A DNA stretch of 63,652 bases, filler included. It is 9 parts of 9 records of this genome, joined end to end, with 100 filler letters (N's around TTAATTAATTAA, not from the genome) between each part and the next. Parts side by side here need not be neighbours in the genome. Positions count along the whole stretch, not along the records: positions 12,067 to 20,267 come from SRR31156797_81068; positions 20,368 to 33,278 come from SRR31156797_81151; 7 more parts are not named here. One strand, 5' to 3'. The number at the start of each line of letters is the position of its first letter. Within the stretch, counting starts at the first letter, position 1. Made by a program: the position numbers and the translations under genes. Below are positions 17,205 to 28,296 of the stretch, piece after piece. The notes under the pieces are model-generated. The model was not told where the DNA came from. It worked only from the letters and a program-made list of their open reading frames with translations, and searched no databases.

Positions 17205-18387
17205 GCCCGGCATCAGGGATCGGGTCGGTCATCGGGTAACGATGGGGGCATCGAACTGGAATCGGCGGCGCGGCGCAACAACGGCGGCCCTGCTTGTCTC
17301 GGCGACACTGCACGGCGCCCTGGCGGCGACCTTTCTGGTCACACACGAAGCGCCGGTTCCCTATCCGGTAGCCGCCGCCATCGTCGTCGATCTGGTGCCG
17401 GGGGTCGAGGTGTTCGGCCCGGCGCCGGGTTCGACCACCGGCGCGATCGATACGGCCGACATCGGCGACGGCGGCAATGACGGCGGCATGCCGGGCATCG
17501 ACGAACCTGTCGAAATGGCGGAAACCGCGCCCGAACCGCCGGCCGCCGAAACCGAACCGATGGACATCGACCTGCCGCCCGAGACAATCGCCGAAATCGA
17601 TGAACCGTTGCCGATCGAACCGGCCGGCGAAATTGAGACCGTGGAAGCCGATCCGATTGAACCGGTGGAACCGTTGAAACCGACGGAATCGATTGAAGTC
17701 GCCGAGGTGCTCCCGGAACCGCGGATCGCCGCTCAGACATCGACCACCGGCGATCCCGAACCGGTTGCGGAACAAACACCGGTCGTTTTCGAGGCCCCAC
17801 TACCTCGGCCGGTCAAACAACCGCCGGTGCAACTGGCCGATCTTACGCCGCCGCGCCGGCCGGAAATCGCCGAACCGGCGGCGGAACGAAATATACCGAA
17901 ACCGGCCACCCCGGTATCGGCACCGACAGAACAAATTGAAGATCTACCGGATGGCTTGACGGACGCCGGGGCGGAAACCGGTGAAACCGGACAATCCGAT
18001 GCCGACCGAACTACCGAACTGGCCGCACTTCCCGCCGGCGGCAAAGCCGGCGCGCCCGGCGATCCGGGCGGCGAGGCTGGCGGCGGCAGCACCGACGGCC
18101 TGTTCGTCGGTCCGGGGTTCCGTCTGGGAACGGCCCAGAACCCGTTGCCGCGCTATCCCTCGATCGCGCGCCGGCGCGGCATCGAAGGCAGGGTCGTTCT
18201 GCGGGTTCAGGTCGACGCCGAAGGCCACCCGGCCGGCGTCGCGGTTCTGGCCAGCAGCAGCCACGATGTGCTCGACAAGGCCGCTGTCCGCGCATTGCGC
18301 AAATGGCGCTTCGAACCGGCGAAGAAGGCGGGCATCGCCATCGCCGGTCAGGTCGACGTTCCGGTCAGCTTTCGCCTTCGGGATTGA
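17191..18387 (+). CDS. tonB: Energy transducer TonB
   Basis: TM with SxxxH motif, Pro/Glu-rich spacer, C-terminal YP...RRRGIEG...WRFEPA domain; exact start uncertain. Confidence 0.88.
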   Translation: MAMHRPGIRDRVGHRVTMGASNWNRRRGATTAALLVSATLHGALAATFLVTHEAPVPYPVAAAIVVDLVPGVEVFGPAPGSTTGAIDTADIGDGGNDGGMPGIDEPVEMAETAPEPPAAETEPMDIDLPPETIAEIDEPLPIEPAGEIETVEADPIEPVEPLKPTESIEVAEVLPEPRIAAQTSTTGDPEPVAEQTPVVFEAPLPRPVKQPPVQLADLTPPRRPEIAEPAAERNIPKPATPVSAPTEQIEDLPDGLTDAGAETGETGQSDADRTTELAALPAGGKAGAPGDPGGEAGGGSTDGLFVGPGFRLGTAQNPLPRYPSIARRRGIEGRVVLRVQVDAEGHPAGVAVLASSSHDVLDKAAVRALRKWRFEPAKKAGIAIAGQVDVPVSFRLRD

Positions 18388-18406
18388 CCGGTGCCGTCCG
18401 GCGAAA

Positions 18407-19636
18407 TCACAACCCCATGCAATTGGCGTAATAGGTAACGGTCGCCGGCCAGTCGGAAAAAACGCCGCGCACGCCGACCTTCTGCGCCAGAACATCGAGC
18501 ACGGCATAAACGTCACCGTCGTTGTTTATGGCATCCTTGACGGTGCGATAGTACCAGCCGCCGCCGCGCGTCAGCGGGCCTGAGCGTTCCAGCGTCCAGG
18601 TGACGATGTCGAGGCCGGCTTCCCTCGCCGCAATCGCGTATTCGGAAAGTACGATCCCGCCCATCCCGTTCAGCCTGACCAGCGCCCACATCGGCGGCGC
18701 GACAATGCGAACCCCTTTCGCCGCCAGATCGGCCATGCCGGATACGGCGCCGCGGTAACTTCCCTTTTTGGATTTGTAGACACGATCGTCCAGGAACACG
18801 GCCTGTCTGCCGAATTCGGGTTCGCGCTCGATCCAATACAGCACGTCTTCAAGCTCGAAGGACTGCGCATATACATCTCCGGGATCGATACCGGCGGCAC
18901 GGTATTCGTCGATCATCTGCCGGGCATAGTCGGCCTGCGAATAGGTGCCGTCGAACGGCATCGGAACGTCCGGCGCTTTCAGTTCGGGGATGAACTTGGC
19001 ACCCAGACCGGCGATCAGGTCGATACTCTCGGCATGGCTCAGAACCGTGCCGCAGGCGGCGTAAAGGTCGGTCTGCCAGTTCGCCGTCCCGCCCAGGTAT
19101 TGGTCGACGGTTATGGCGTCGGGATTGGCCGCGTCCATCTTACCGCAAAGGGATTTGAACTCGGCCAGGGTGATGTCGCTGGTGCAGCATTTGGCCGACG
19201 CCTTGGCGCCGAGACCCGGATCGGCCGGCAGAAACGGTTCGCTGCACTTGGCCGCCAGCGGCGTCGCCAGGATGTTGGTGGTGGTGTGCAAGTCGCACTG
19301 GGAATGGCGGCAAACCAGTTGCCGGTCCTTGGTGAAGGTGACGTCGCATTCGATGATACCGGCGCCCATGCGGGCAGCGGCTTCGTAAGATTCCCTGGTG
19401 TGCTCCGGGAATTGCAGGGCGGCACCGCGATGGCCGATGGAAAAGTCGGTCCGTTCGAACGGCCCGGCGGAACATTTCCGCAGTTTCTCTTTCAGCGGGC
19501 CATCGTCCATATCGTCGACGAGAAAAAACGGTCGCGGTCCCAGCTGTGCCGACGGCCCCGGATCGGCTGCCATCGAATCGAACATGCCGAACCACGAAAC
19601 CGCGACGAAAAAGACCCATAGCCTGCCTAGCCGCAT
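18407..19636 (-). CDS. Glycerophosphodiester phosphodiesterase (exported)
   Basis: Signal peptide; IGHRGA..FPEHT, IECDV, CRHS, VFSDWP motifs; downstream of ugpC. Confidence 0.9.
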   Translation of the reverse strand: MRLGRLWVFFVAVSWFGMFDSMAADPGPSAQLGPRPFFLVDDMDDGPLKEKLRKCSAGPFERTDFSIGHRGAALQFPEHTRESYEAAARMGAGIIECDVTFTKDRQLVCRHSQCDLHTTTNILATPLAAKCSEPFLPADPGLGAKASAKCCTSDITLAEFKSLCGKMDAANPDAITVDQYLGGTANWQTDLYAACGTVLSHAESIDLIAGLGAKFIPELKAPDVPMPFDGTYSQADYARQMIDEYRAAGIDPGDVYAQSFELEDVLYWIEREPEFGRQAVFLDDRVYKSKKGSYRGAVSGMADLAAKGVRIVAPPMWALVRLNGMGGIVLSEYAIAAREAGLDIVTWTLERSGPLTRGGGWYYRTVKDAINNDGDVYAVLDVLAQKVGVRGVFSDWPATVTYYANCMGL

Positions 19637-19644
19637 GTCGATGC

Positions 19645-20267
19645 CTAACCGATGTTCAGACGTTTTCCGGATTCCTTGTCGAAGACGTGGATATGCTCGC
19701 TGGCGACCCGCACCGGCAGCACGTCTCCCGATTTGGCGTCGCGGTATCCCTGTAGGCGGATGGAAATGTCGTCGCCGTCATTGCCAAACTTTCCGTGGAT
19801 GATGGTGTCGGCGCCCAGTTCCTCGACGACGTCGACGGTGACCCGCGAATGGGCTTCGGCATCGGACACAAGCTCGAAATGCTCCGGCCGGACACCGATA
19901 GTCACCGCAACGCCGCGGTATGACGCCGTGCCGCTGTTCGGTACCGGGAAGACATCGCCGCCGCCCATGTCGATTTCCTTGCCGTCGTCGCGGATGGATC
20001 CTTCGAAGAAATTCATCGACGGCGAACCGATGAACCCGGCAACGAACACGGTTGCCGGCGTGTCGTACAGTTCCAACGGCGAGCCCAGTTGTTCGACGAT
20101 GCCGTTGTTGACGACCATCAGGCGGTCGCCCAGGGTCATTGCCTCGACCTGGTCGTGGGTCACGTAGACACTGGTGATTTTCAGCCGGCCCTGGAGCTTC
20201 TTGATTTCCAGGCGCATCTGCACGCGAAGCTTGGCGTCGAGGTTGGACAGCGGTTCGTCGAACAGGA
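19645..20267 (-). CDS. ugpC: sn-glycerol-3-phosphate ABC ATPase, 5'-truncated
   Basis: [39 protein letters not shown]-terminus; next to GDPD. Confidence 0.85.
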
Positions 20268-20367
20268 NNNNNNNNNNNNNNNNNNNNNNNNNNNNNNNNN
20301 NNNNNNNNNNNTTAATTAATTAANNNNNNNNNNNNNNNNNNNNNNNNNNNNNNNNNNNNNNNNNNNN
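20268..20367. other. Artificial contig spacer
   Basis: N-run + TTAATTAATTAA + N-run. Confidence 0.98.
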
Positions 20368-20496
20368 GAAAACCTGGATACGTTCCTTTTCACCTTCGAT
20401 AATACGCAGGTGAACCTTTACAGTGTCGCCAGCTTTGAAAGCGGGCATATCAATACGCATCTGTTCGCGTTCGATGTTTGCAATTACGTTGCTCAT
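20368..20496 (-). CDS. rplS: 50S ribosomal protein L19, 3'-truncated
   Basis: [14 protein letters not shown]...[33 protein letters not shown]; follows trmD. Confidence 0.95.
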
Positions 20497-20542
20497 GTCG
20501 CTACTCCTTATATAAATTCTTTTGCGGCACCCGAAGGCGGAT

Positions 20543-21853
20543 CTACCAGGCGTCTCCCAACAGCCTGTCGACCGTGATCGCCACCGCACTTCTTACTGAT
20601 AGATGGTTGTATCCGTCCATGAACCTGATAGGCCGTAAGCTGCCCTCTGCCATGTCCAGAATTTCGGGGGCCAACCCGTGTCCGGTACCGAAAACCAGCA
20701 GGACGGGATTATCCTGCAGCATTTCACGAACCTTGTTCATGGTCGTGCTGCCTGCGCCCCGTGCGCTAGTGGTCACCAGTATCGGTTTCTTACCCGTTCC
20801 CGACTCAATATGCTCCACCACATCTTGCAGGGAATCTTTAACTCCTACTTTGGAAAAGGCTGCGGCGCGATCCGGGTTGAACTTGCTTCCCGGTCCCGAG
20901 GTCCAGTGAGAAATGATCCTCTCGGCCAGTTTCTTCTGATCCTCGATTGGAGTCACCGCAAAAAATCCGCTGATTGAGTAAGAGCGGGAAACGCGGGACA
21001 TATCGTGAATATCGAGGTTTGTCAAAGAAACAGCAGCTTTTTCTCCAAATTTATTTAGCACCGGATAGTGCACAAGAGCCATATAAAGATTTTTTCCCAA
21101 GCGTTTTCGGGGTATTGTGCGCAAATAACGCACATCATCTTTTTTTAACCCTTCTGCTTCGGCTAAAAGCTCCGGCCGGGCATCCAAGGTCTCATCCAGA
21201 GACTTTTTTCTCCTCCATTCTTCGATCAGGCCGTGGTTACCTGAAGAGAGAATTTCCGGCACTGCATATCCCCCAAATTCAGGGGGACGGGTGTAGTGCG
21301 GATACTCCAGAAGACCGGAAGAGAAACTCTCCTCCGTACCGGACTCGGAATGCCCCATAAAATCCGGCAGTAGGCGGGCGACAGCCTCAATCAGGCACAT
21401 GGCCCCGGCTTCGCCCCCGTTGAGCACGAAATCCCCTACAGAGATTGTTTCAACGGGAAAAATATCTTCAAAACGGGCATCAATGCCCTCATACCTTCCG
21501 CAAACGAGGGTCAGCTCCTCTTCCTTGGAAAGTTCCACCGCCAACTTCTGGGTCAGCGGCTTACCCTTGGGCGAAAGCATAATCAGCCTCTTACCCTTGG
21601 GACAACCGCCTTCCTTGGAAGGCTTAATACCTACGGAATCTATGGCCTTGGCAATGGGGTCAAGAAACATGACCATGCCCGGGCCGCCGCCGTAGGGGCG
21701 GTCATCAACAGATTTATGACGGTCTGTTGCAAACTCACGAGGATCAACTTTGTTGAAAGAGACAATGCCCTTTTCAACACCTTTACCCATAAGTCCGTGA
21801 GACAGCGGGGAATCAAAAAATTCCGGAAAGAGTGTAACCAAATTAAATTTCAC
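20543..21853 (-). CDS. trmD: tRNA (m1G37) methyltransferase TrmD fused to a C-terminal second SPOUT methyltransferase domain
   Basis: [30 protein letters not shown]; extra domain ALVHYPV...TNLDIHD...FGTGHGL...YNHLSVRSA. Confidence 0.95.
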   Translation of the reverse strand: MKFNLVTLFPEFFDSPLSHGLMGKGVEKGIVSFNKVDPREFATDRHKSVDDRPYGGGPGMVMFLDPIAKAIDSVGIKPSKEGGCPKGKRLIMLSPKGKPLTQKLAVELSKEEELTLVCGRYEGIDARFEDIFPVETISVGDFVLNGGEAGAMCLIEAVARLLPDFMGHSESGTEESFSSGLLEYPHYTRPPEFGGYAVPEILSSGNHGLIEEWRRKKSLDETLDARPELLAEAEGLKKDDVRYLRTIPRKRLGKNLYMALVHYPVLNKFGEKAAVSLTNLDIHDMSRVSRSYSISGFFAVTPIEDQKKLAERIISHWTSGPGSKFNPDRAAAFSKVGVKDSLQDVVEHIESGTGKKPILVTTSARGAGSTTMNKVREMLQDNPVLLVFGTGHGLAPEILDMAEGSLRPIRFMDGYNHLSVRSAVAITVDRLLGDAW

Positions 21854-21894
21854 TAATGTTCCAGCCTTGGAATTTAAAAAAGCGGCACTCTGAC

Positions 21895-22452
21895 CTATTT
21901 CTTTTTCTTCCCGTTATCTTTCTTACCAGCCTCGGCCAGGTATATGTCGAACAGCCCTTCGGGCGGGTCCACAACAACCTTTGCCGCGTCCGGATCAACA
22001 GACAAAACAAATTCCTCAACAGCGGGAAAAAGAATCTCCTTACCCTCTGCTGAAGTGATCACCCATGTTTCCTGCCCGGGGGCAAGAATAAAGTTCGAGA
22101 TAGTTCCAACCACGGTCCCGTCTTCAAGTTCGACGCTCATACCTTCAAGCTCGTACATGTAAACTTCATCATCCCCGGATTCGGGGAGATCCGCTTCACG
22201 CACAAAGATTTCCATACCGCGCAGGCTTTCTGCCTCATCACGGCCTTCAACACCCTTGAAGGTCAGGAGCACGCGCCCTTTATGTTTACGTGAAGAGCGC
22301 ACGACAAAACGACGGGGCTTCTGTCCTTTCTTAGCCAGATACAGACAGGGGACCTCGTCGAAGAGAAAAGGGGAGTCCGCATGAGATTCAATGCAAACTT
22401 CCCCCCTGAGACCATGTGGTTTGACCACCTCGGCAACGACAAGCATTTCCAT
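21895..22452 (-). CDS. rimM: Ribosome maturation factor RimM
   Basis: KPHGLRGEV motif, PRC-barrel C-terminus, position between KH protein and trmD. Confidence 0.95.
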   Translation of the reverse strand: MEMLVVAEVVKPHGLRGEVCIESHADSPFLFDEVPCLYLAKKGQKPRRFVVRSSRKHKGRVLLTFKGVEGRDEAESLRGMEIFVREADLPESGDDEVYMYELEGMSVELEDGTVVGTISNFILAPGQETWVITSAEGKEILFPAVEEFVLSVDPDAAKVVVDPPEGLFDIYLAEAGKKDNGKKKK

Positions 22453-22486
22453 AGCAGTCCGCCGTTATGGTCAGGTTCGAGAACTC

Positions 22487-22720
22487 TTATTCCAGAATTT
22501 CCAGAACAGAGCGCTTTCTCACCTTGGTTGATGCAGCACCGAGCAGGGTTCTCATGGCACGCGCGGTGCGGCCCTGCTTACCGATAACCTTACCGAGGTC
22601 TTCTTTGGCGACCTTGAGTTCGATTACGGAAGTCTGCTCCCCTTCGATTTCGGTGACAACTACTTCATCCGGATTGTCAACAAGCGATTTCGCGATGTAT
22701 TCTACTAAATCCTTCAACAT
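22487..22720 (-). CDS. khpA: KH-domain RNA-binding protein KhpA
   Basis: [17 protein letters not shown]; conserved rpsP-khpA-rimM order. Confidence 0.92.
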   Translation of the reverse strand: MLKDLVEYIAKSLVDNPDEVVVTEIEGEQTSVIELKVAKEDLGKVIGKQGRTARAMRTLLGAASTKVRKRSVLEILE

Positions 22721-22798
22721 GCCAACAACCTCCGCTTCTGATTTCGAGTGTGTACCGTGAGTAGTGAAGAAGAATTCGAACCTGGTGAGTTCCGAACC

Positions 22799-23035
22799 CT
22801 AGGAATTAGCTTTGAGGAGAGATTTAACAGTGTCGCTAGGCTCTGCGCCTCTCTCAAGCCACTTCTCTACTTTTTCCTTGTCAATTTTAACATCAACAGG
22901 CTCAACCATCGGGTTGTAGTAACCGCAGAAGTCCAAAGGACGACCGTCACGTCTGGTTTCACTGTTGATTGCTACGATACGGTAAAAAGGGCGCTTTTTG
23001 GAGCCCATACGGGTCAGTCTAAGTTTAATAGCCAT
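22799..23035 (-). CDS. rpsP: 30S ribosomal protein S16
   Basis: [21 protein letters not shown]. Confidence 0.97.
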   Translation of the reverse strand: MAIKLRLTRMGSKKRPFYRIVAINSETRRDGRPLDFCGYYNPMVEPVDVKIDKEKVEKWLERGAEPSDTVKSLLKANS

Positions 23036-23105
23036 TGTCTACTTTCCCCCATATAATCTTAAATTAAGTGGTTCGTTAATAAATTGCAAGCAAAGCCACA
23101 AAAAA

Positions 23106-24614
23106 CTATTTCTTCTTTTTCTTGCGAGCTTGCTTTTTAAGCTTTTTCTTTTTGCGGGCCTGAAGGGTCTTCTTACTCTTGGACTTGGAAGGCTGAGGCA
23201 TTCCGCCCATTCCTTCCAACCCTTCCATACCGGGCATTCCCGGCATTCCTGCACCGCCGCCAAGTCCGGGCATTCCGGGCAGATTCGGCATCTTGGGCAT
23301 TTTACCCTTTCCGCCTTTGCCGCCCATCATTTTCTTCATCATCTTGCTCATCTGCTCAAAATTCTTGAGCATCTGATTGACCTCTTCCAGCTTAACACCG
23401 GAACCTTTCGCAATCCTCTGCCTACGGCTGGGATTAATAAGCTTGGGTTGCCTGCGTTCCTGCATGGTCATGGACGAGATGATGGCTTCTATCCTGTTCA
23501 GTTCCTTATCCGGAACCTCCATATCGCCGAGCTGTTTAGTCAGCCCGCCGAGGCCGGGGATCATTTTCATGATCGAACCCATGGAACCGATCTTCTTCAT
23601 TCTGCGCATCTGGGTGCGGAAGTCCTCAAGGTCGAATTCGGCCTTGCGGAATTTCTCAGTCAGCTTTTCAGCCTCTCCCTCATCCATCACAGACTGGGCT
23701 TTCTCGATCAGGGAAAGAACATCCCCCATGCCGAGAATTCTTGAAGCGGCCCTGTCCGGGTAGAAGAGTTCAAGCTCGGAAAGCTTTTCACCCACACCGA
23801 CAAACTTAACGGACTTACCGGTAACGGATTTGATGGAGAGCGCCGCACCGCCTCGGGCATCACCATCCATTTTGGTAAGGACGACACCGGTAACAGCAAG
23901 TTTGTCGTCAAATGTGGAGGCAACATTGACAGCGTCCTGCCCTGTCATTGCGTCCGCCACGAAAAGGATTTCATCCGGAGAACATTCATCCTTGATGGAG
24001 GAAAGCTCATCCATCAGAGGTTCATCAATATGCAGTCGTCCGGCTGTATCAAAAAGCAGAACATCACAACCGGCCTCTTCAGCCTTGACCATAGCGTCAC
24101 GGCAGATGTCCACGGGGTTCATTTCCGTTGTGGACGGGTAGGCCGGCATATCCAACTGTTTAGCCAGCACATGAAGCTGGTCAATCGCAGCGGGACGGTA
24201 AACGTCGGCAGGGACAAGGTAGGGTTTGAACTTCTTACGCCGCAGATACAAAGCAATCTTGGCAGAAGAAGTGGTCTTACCGGAACCCTGAAGGCCGACC
24301 ATCATGATTTTGGAAAGCTTGCCCTTAGTGAGCTGCAGTCCTTCCTGCTCGCCACCGAGCAGCTCGGTAAGTTCGTCGTTAACGACTTTAATTACCTGCT
24401 GTCCGGGAGAAAGGGATTTCTGGACCTCCTGCCCGAGAGCACGCTCCTTTACCTTCTCCACAAAGTCTTTAACGACCTTGTAGTTTACGTCCGCTTCGAG
24501 AAGGGCAAGGCGCACTTCGCGCAATCCGGCCTGGATGTTTTTTTCATCCAAGCGTCCCTGCCCTTTGAAATTCTTAAAGGCTTCGGAAAGTCTATCTGAT
24601 AGGCTGTCAAACAA
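23106..24614 (-). CDS. ffh: Signal recognition particle protein Ffh
   Basis: GLQGSGKTT, DTAGR, TKMDGDARGG, Met-rich M domain. Confidence 0.97.
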   Translation of the reverse strand: MFDSLSDRLSEAFKNFKGQGRLDEKNIQAGLREVRLALLEADVNYKVVKDFVEKVKERALGQEVQKSLSPGQQVIKVVNDELTELLGGEQEGLQLTKGKLSKIMMVGLQGSGKTTSSAKIALYLRRKKFKPYLVPADVYRPAAIDQLHVLAKQLDMPAYPSTTEMNPVDICRDAMVKAEEAGCDVLLFDTAGRLHIDEPLMDELSSIKDECSPDEILFVADAMTGQDAVNVASTFDDKLAVTGVVLTKMDGDARGGAALSIKSVTGKSVKFVGVGEKLSELELFYPDRAASRILGMGDVLSLIEKAQSVMDEGEAEKLTEKFRKAEFDLEDFRTQMRRMKKIGSMGSIMKMIPGLGGLTKQLGDMEVPDKELNRIEAIISSMTMQERRQPKLINPSRRQRIAKGSGVKLEEVNQMLKNFEQMSKMMKKMMGGKGGKGKMPKMPNLPGMPGLGGGAGMPGMPGMEGLEGMGGMPQPSKSKSKKTLQARKKKKLKKQARKKKKK

Positions 24615-24891
24615 TTCTCTTACTCCGCCGGCTAAGCATTTTTACGCGCAAAAACCTCAAAAGCTCCACCTTTTCTCGATTAGTGCTGATTGCGTAAAGA
24701 AAGGGGTTGTCTGTTAAAGCTTTTATCTACCCAAGTCAAGTGAAGACTCATATCAACTTTTTGGAAAATCACAAACACTTATCGTACATCCTTAAAAATT
24801 TGCATATAAAATTTCTTGCTTTTTCAAGCAATGAACCGTTTAATTGTATATTGTTACATAACCAGATCCGTGCAGCTCAAGGAGCAAAAGA

Positions 24892-25461
24892 ATGCCTAAC
24901 ATCGTCAAGGCGGAAGAATTTCATCTTGTTGACCCCATGGGAAGATTAAGATCAAAAATATACATTTCAAATGAAGGCAAAGTGATTGCTGATGTTTACG
25001 ACTCAACCGGTCAGCTGAACAACCGGGTCGATCTACAAAGAAACTTAAAATCAGGCCCGACTGCCCACCAAAATGTAGCTCCGCACAAAAAAGAAACACT
25101 CGGAGCATGGCATGCGCGCATTGCCAATGAAGTTAAACTGAGTCAATCCAAACTACACGTGGGTTCCTACAAGCTATACATCGACTTTGTTGAAAACAAC
25201 ACTATGGCCAGCGGCAAATACCAAAACGAAGTCATTGAAGTTTCCGGCGAAATAGTAGATGTTTCAGCAAAAGGTTTCGGCGATCTGCATATAGGACTGA
25301 AAGGAATTTCCAACTTTACCGCCGAAGTGATCTGTCATTTTACCGAAGACCAGATTCCGGTAGTCAGCAACCTCAAGCCCGGCGTGAAAGTGCGTATAAA
25401 AGGTAAGTGCACTGAGTACGTCAATAAGAGGGTGAAAATATGGGGGTGCCAGTTGCTGTAG
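24892..25461 (+). CDS. Hypothetical protein with C-terminal OB-fold (tRNA_anti-like)
   Basis: RBS AAGGAG; KY..EVIEVSGEIVDV...LKPG.KVRIKGKC pattern. Confidence 0.7.
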   Translation: MPNIVKAEEFHLVDPMGRLRSKIYISNEGKVIADVYDSTGQLNNRVDLQRNLKSGPTAHQNVAPHKKETLGAWHARIANEVKLSQSKLHVGSYKLYIDFVENNTMASGKYQNEVIEVSGEIVDVSAKGFGDLHIGLKGISNFTAEVICHFTEDQIPVVSNLKPGVKVRIKGKCTEYVNKRVKIWGCQLL

Positions 25462-25485
25462 GCCGGAGTCTTCATAAGTGCGCCT

Positions 25486-26574
25486 ATGCCTGTATCAAAA
25501 CAATTAAAAAAAGAACTGCAACACACTGCTGACGAATGCATTGATTGCGGCAAATGCATGACCAAGTGCCGTTTTCTTGCTGAAAGCGGCTCCCCTGTTT
25601 CTATTGCCCTGCGGGCACTTTCATCCGACGAAGATGCCGACACGGTGGCCATACGCTCTTATGCCTGCTCCACCTGCGGACTATGTTCTGCGGTCTGCCC
25701 TGTAGCAGCTGAACCTGAGCGCATGTTCAAGGAATTGCGCAACCACGCTCAGGCCAATGCAATTTTCCGTCTGGATAAATACGACCCCCTTCTAAATTAT
25801 GAACGGCTTGGGCAACGCTTTCCGTTTAAAGGAGAGTTCATTCCCGAGAATTGCAAAACTGTTTTCTTTCCGGGCTGTACTCTTCCGGCCATGCACCCCG
25901 ACGCCGTCAGAATCGCGTACAAAATCATCAAGAGAGAAGAGCCGAGCATGGGCCTAGTCTTGAACTGCTGCTCCAAACCGTCAAAAATGCTTGGACTTAA
26001 AAGCAGGCACGAGGAAGCCCTTTCCGGACTGATCCATAGATTGGAGCGTAAAGGAATCAAGAAGATCCTGACCGCCTGCCCCAACTGCCACATGACATTC
26101 AAGGAATTCAACTCCAAGCTGGAAATAGTCTCTATATATAAAAGGCTAAAAGTTTCTAAGTTCGTCCCAGTCCGGCCCAATGTTAAAGAAGTCACTGTCC
26201 ACGACCCCTGCGTGACCCGTAATGAGACAGAAATGCACAAAACTGTGCGAACCCTGCTCAAATCAGTCGGTATCAGAGTGGTGGAGATGCGCCATAATGG
26301 CACAGAGACACTTTGCTGTGGAGAAGGCGGGGCAACCAATTTTCATAAAAAGGACTATGCCAGAAACTGGTCTCGCAAGCGGATTAATGAAGCACAGAGA
26401 ACCGGAGTCCCCATGGTCACCTACTGTGCGGGCTGCGTTAATTTTCTCGGTTACAAATACCCAACGGCTCACGTACTTGATGTGCTACTGGTTAAACGCA
26501 AAAGAATCCCTAAACCCGTTGCGTTTCCCTTTAACTACCTCAACCGGCTGATCTTCAGATTCAGCAAACGTTGA
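25486..26574 (+). CDS. Fe-S oxidoreductase (4Fe-4S + two CCG domains)
   Basis: Two CxxCxxCxxxC motifs, FFPGC, CCSKP, HDPC, CCGEGG. Confidence 0.88.
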   Translation: MPVSKQLKKELQHTADECIDCGKCMTKCRFLAESGSPVSIALRALSSDEDADTVAIRSYACSTCGLCSAVCPVAAEPERMFKELRNHAQANAIFRLDKYDPLLNYERLGQRFPFKGEFIPENCKTVFFPGCTLPAMHPDAVRIAYKIIKREEPSMGLVLNCCSKPSKMLGLKSRHEEALSGLIHRLERKGIKKILTACPNCHMTFKEFNSKLEIVSIYKRLKVSKFVPVRPNVKEVTVHDPCVTRNETEMHKTVRTLLKSVGIRVVEMRHNGTETLCCGEGGATNFHKKDYARNWSRKRINEAQRTGVPMVTYCAGCVNFLGYKYPTAHVLDVLLVKRKRIPKPVAFPFNYLNRLIFRFSKR

Positions 26575-27803
26575 TAATTTGCACATTTTTCCATTCCGGG
26601 CCTTCTAATCCTGAACATATCCATGTAACACAATCACCAATGAGTTCAGACAATAAAGCCCTCACAGCATCGGAGATTCCCCTAGCCCTGTTCAGCTTAG
26701 GACTGCCCTTGACCATGGCAGCCTTCAGCCTGAGTGGATATGCTGCACCCTCCAATCTGGCAGAAATATTCGCCACCGGACTGGCCGTATTGGGACTGAT
26801 ACTGGAAATACTCCGGAGCGATAAAGATATTGTCGTCCCGCTCTGGCTCAAGGCCGGAATACCCGCCCTGCTCATCACATGGATTTCATTCAGATTTTTT
26901 GCCGAATTAACTCAACCGTTAATTGACTATTTACCCCTGATCATGGAGGCCAAACCCCTTTTATTCCTGCTGGTCTCCATGCTCTGGCTGAGCCTTTTCC
27001 CGCCACCCAGCACCCGGCAGATATCATTTTGGACAAGCTGGCTGGCCCTACTTATCTGCGCGGAATTCATTCTGCGTTTTTTCCTGCTGCACGAACCGGC
27101 CATGCCTTCCCTTTCTGGAATATCAAGCATCAGCGGACCGATCCTTCTGGTCGGATTATGCGCAACCCTGTGCAATGCCGAAGAAAACACATTCACCCGG
27201 TTAATTCTTCTTGCCGGAATCTTCTGCTCTCTCGGTCGCGACATAATTCTTGCTGCAGTTTTAATTATGCTCATTTCCGGCCCCAAGGGCGGACTGAAGA
27301 AATTCCTATTGGTACTCTGCCTGCTGTTCTTTAATTTCCTTTCCCTGCAAGTGCAGGAAATGACCTTTATGAACAGGCAAGACCTCCCGTCTTACTGGCT
27401 GTGGTTCTCCATCTTGGAACTTTTTGCCAACAACCCCGAACTGCTGCTCAGCGGTTTTTCCCTGAGCGCCCCACTCCCCCTCAACGTCCCGGCTTCGCTG
27501 TGGACAATCTGGCACGGGCAGCAGCAAGTCTGGACGGGTTCAGGCATCTACCTCTTTCACATCCCACCGTTCTGGCTCCACCTGCTCTGCGCATGGGGAC
27601 TTGCAGGTCCTTGTCTTGCTGCTGCAGGAGGCACTGCTTTTTACAGACGCTTCCCCTCAAGCATGCTGGCAGGGCTACTTACAACCATTGTTCTCTGTGG
27701 GTTCTTCTCGCCATTATTTTATCACCCTGCATGTGCACTGGTTCTTTTCCCGGCATTCATCACTGCCAGCAGACCAGAAGTTCAATCCTTCAGATTTGAA
27801 TAA
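26571..27803 (+). CDS. Hypothetical polytopic membrane protein
   Basis: Long ORF with many hydrophobic segments; the start may be ATG 26640. Confidence 0.7.
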   Translation: MIICTFFHSGPSNPEHIHVTQSPMSSDNKALTASEIPLALFSLGLPLTMAAFSLSGYAAPSNLAEIFATGLAVLGLILEILRSDKDIVVPLWLKAGIPALLITWISFRFFAELTQPLIDYLPLIMEAKPLLFLLVSMLWLSLFPPPSTRQISFWTSWLALLICAEFILRFFLLHEPAMPSLSGISSISGPILLVGLCATLCNAEENTFTRLILLAGIFCSLGRDIILAAVLIMLISGPKGGLKKFLLVLCLLFFNFLSLQVQEMTFMNRQDLPSYWLWFSILELFANNPELLLSGFSLSAPLPLNVPASLWTIWHGQQQVWTGSGIYLFHIPPFWLHLLCAWGLAGPCLAAAGGTAFYRRFPSSMLAGLLTTIVLCGFFSPLFYHPACALVLFPAFITASRPEVQSFRFE

Positions 27804-27999
27804 CTGTTAATAGCCACCAGCCGCCCACACACAACTCTTATCCATTCATTTTTTTACAACTATTACTTTACACATACTTTTTGTAGCTGCTTTTGTAATA
27901 CTATTGTATTCTTTTTCGATTGACTTTTAGTTTCATTAAACCAAATTTTCTGCCGCTAACTACTGTTAGTATTTAATTTTGAAATGTAATACAAATGTA

Positions 28000-28027
28000 T
28001 TGACATTTGTCTTTTAAACGGTAAGAT
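28000..28027 (+). promoter_or_regulatory. Sigma70 promoter overlapped by a palindromic operator
   Basis: TTGACA-N16-TAAGAT; AATAC-N4-GTATT at 27988-28001 overlaps the -35. Confidence 0.6.
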
Positions 28028-28059
28028 CCGATTCAAACACAACAGGTAAAACAGGCGAA

Positions 28060-28296
28060 ATGAGCAGAAAAGTAAAATCCGTACGAGTTCCCCTTGAACT
28101 GGAAACTCTTAATCTTTCCAAGCTGATCCGGGAATTTGAGAACTACCTCAGAGATCTGGAGTCTGCCACTTTGCTGAAACAAGACGGCAACCGCGAAGCA
28201 GCGGAAGCCCTGATCAAGACAAGGCAACTGGATTTGGGAAAGAGAATTGCCAAAATGATATGGGAAGCCAGAGTCGAATATGGTAAAATCAAATAG
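28060..28296 (+). CDS. Small hypothetical protein, possible ribbon-helix-helix-like regulator
   Basis: 78 aa; KVKSVRVP beta-ribbon-like start then LSKLIRE helix; own promoter. Confidence 0.7.
   Translation: MSRKVKSVRVPLELETLNLSKLIREFENYLRDLESATLLKQDGNREAAEALIKTRQLDLGKRIAKMIWEARVEYGKIK

Noticed and set aside
23106-23330. Repeat-like sequence at the 3' end of ffh
   Set aside because: Encodes a Gly/Met/Pro- and Lys-rich low-complexity tail of Ffh, not a DNA repeat element
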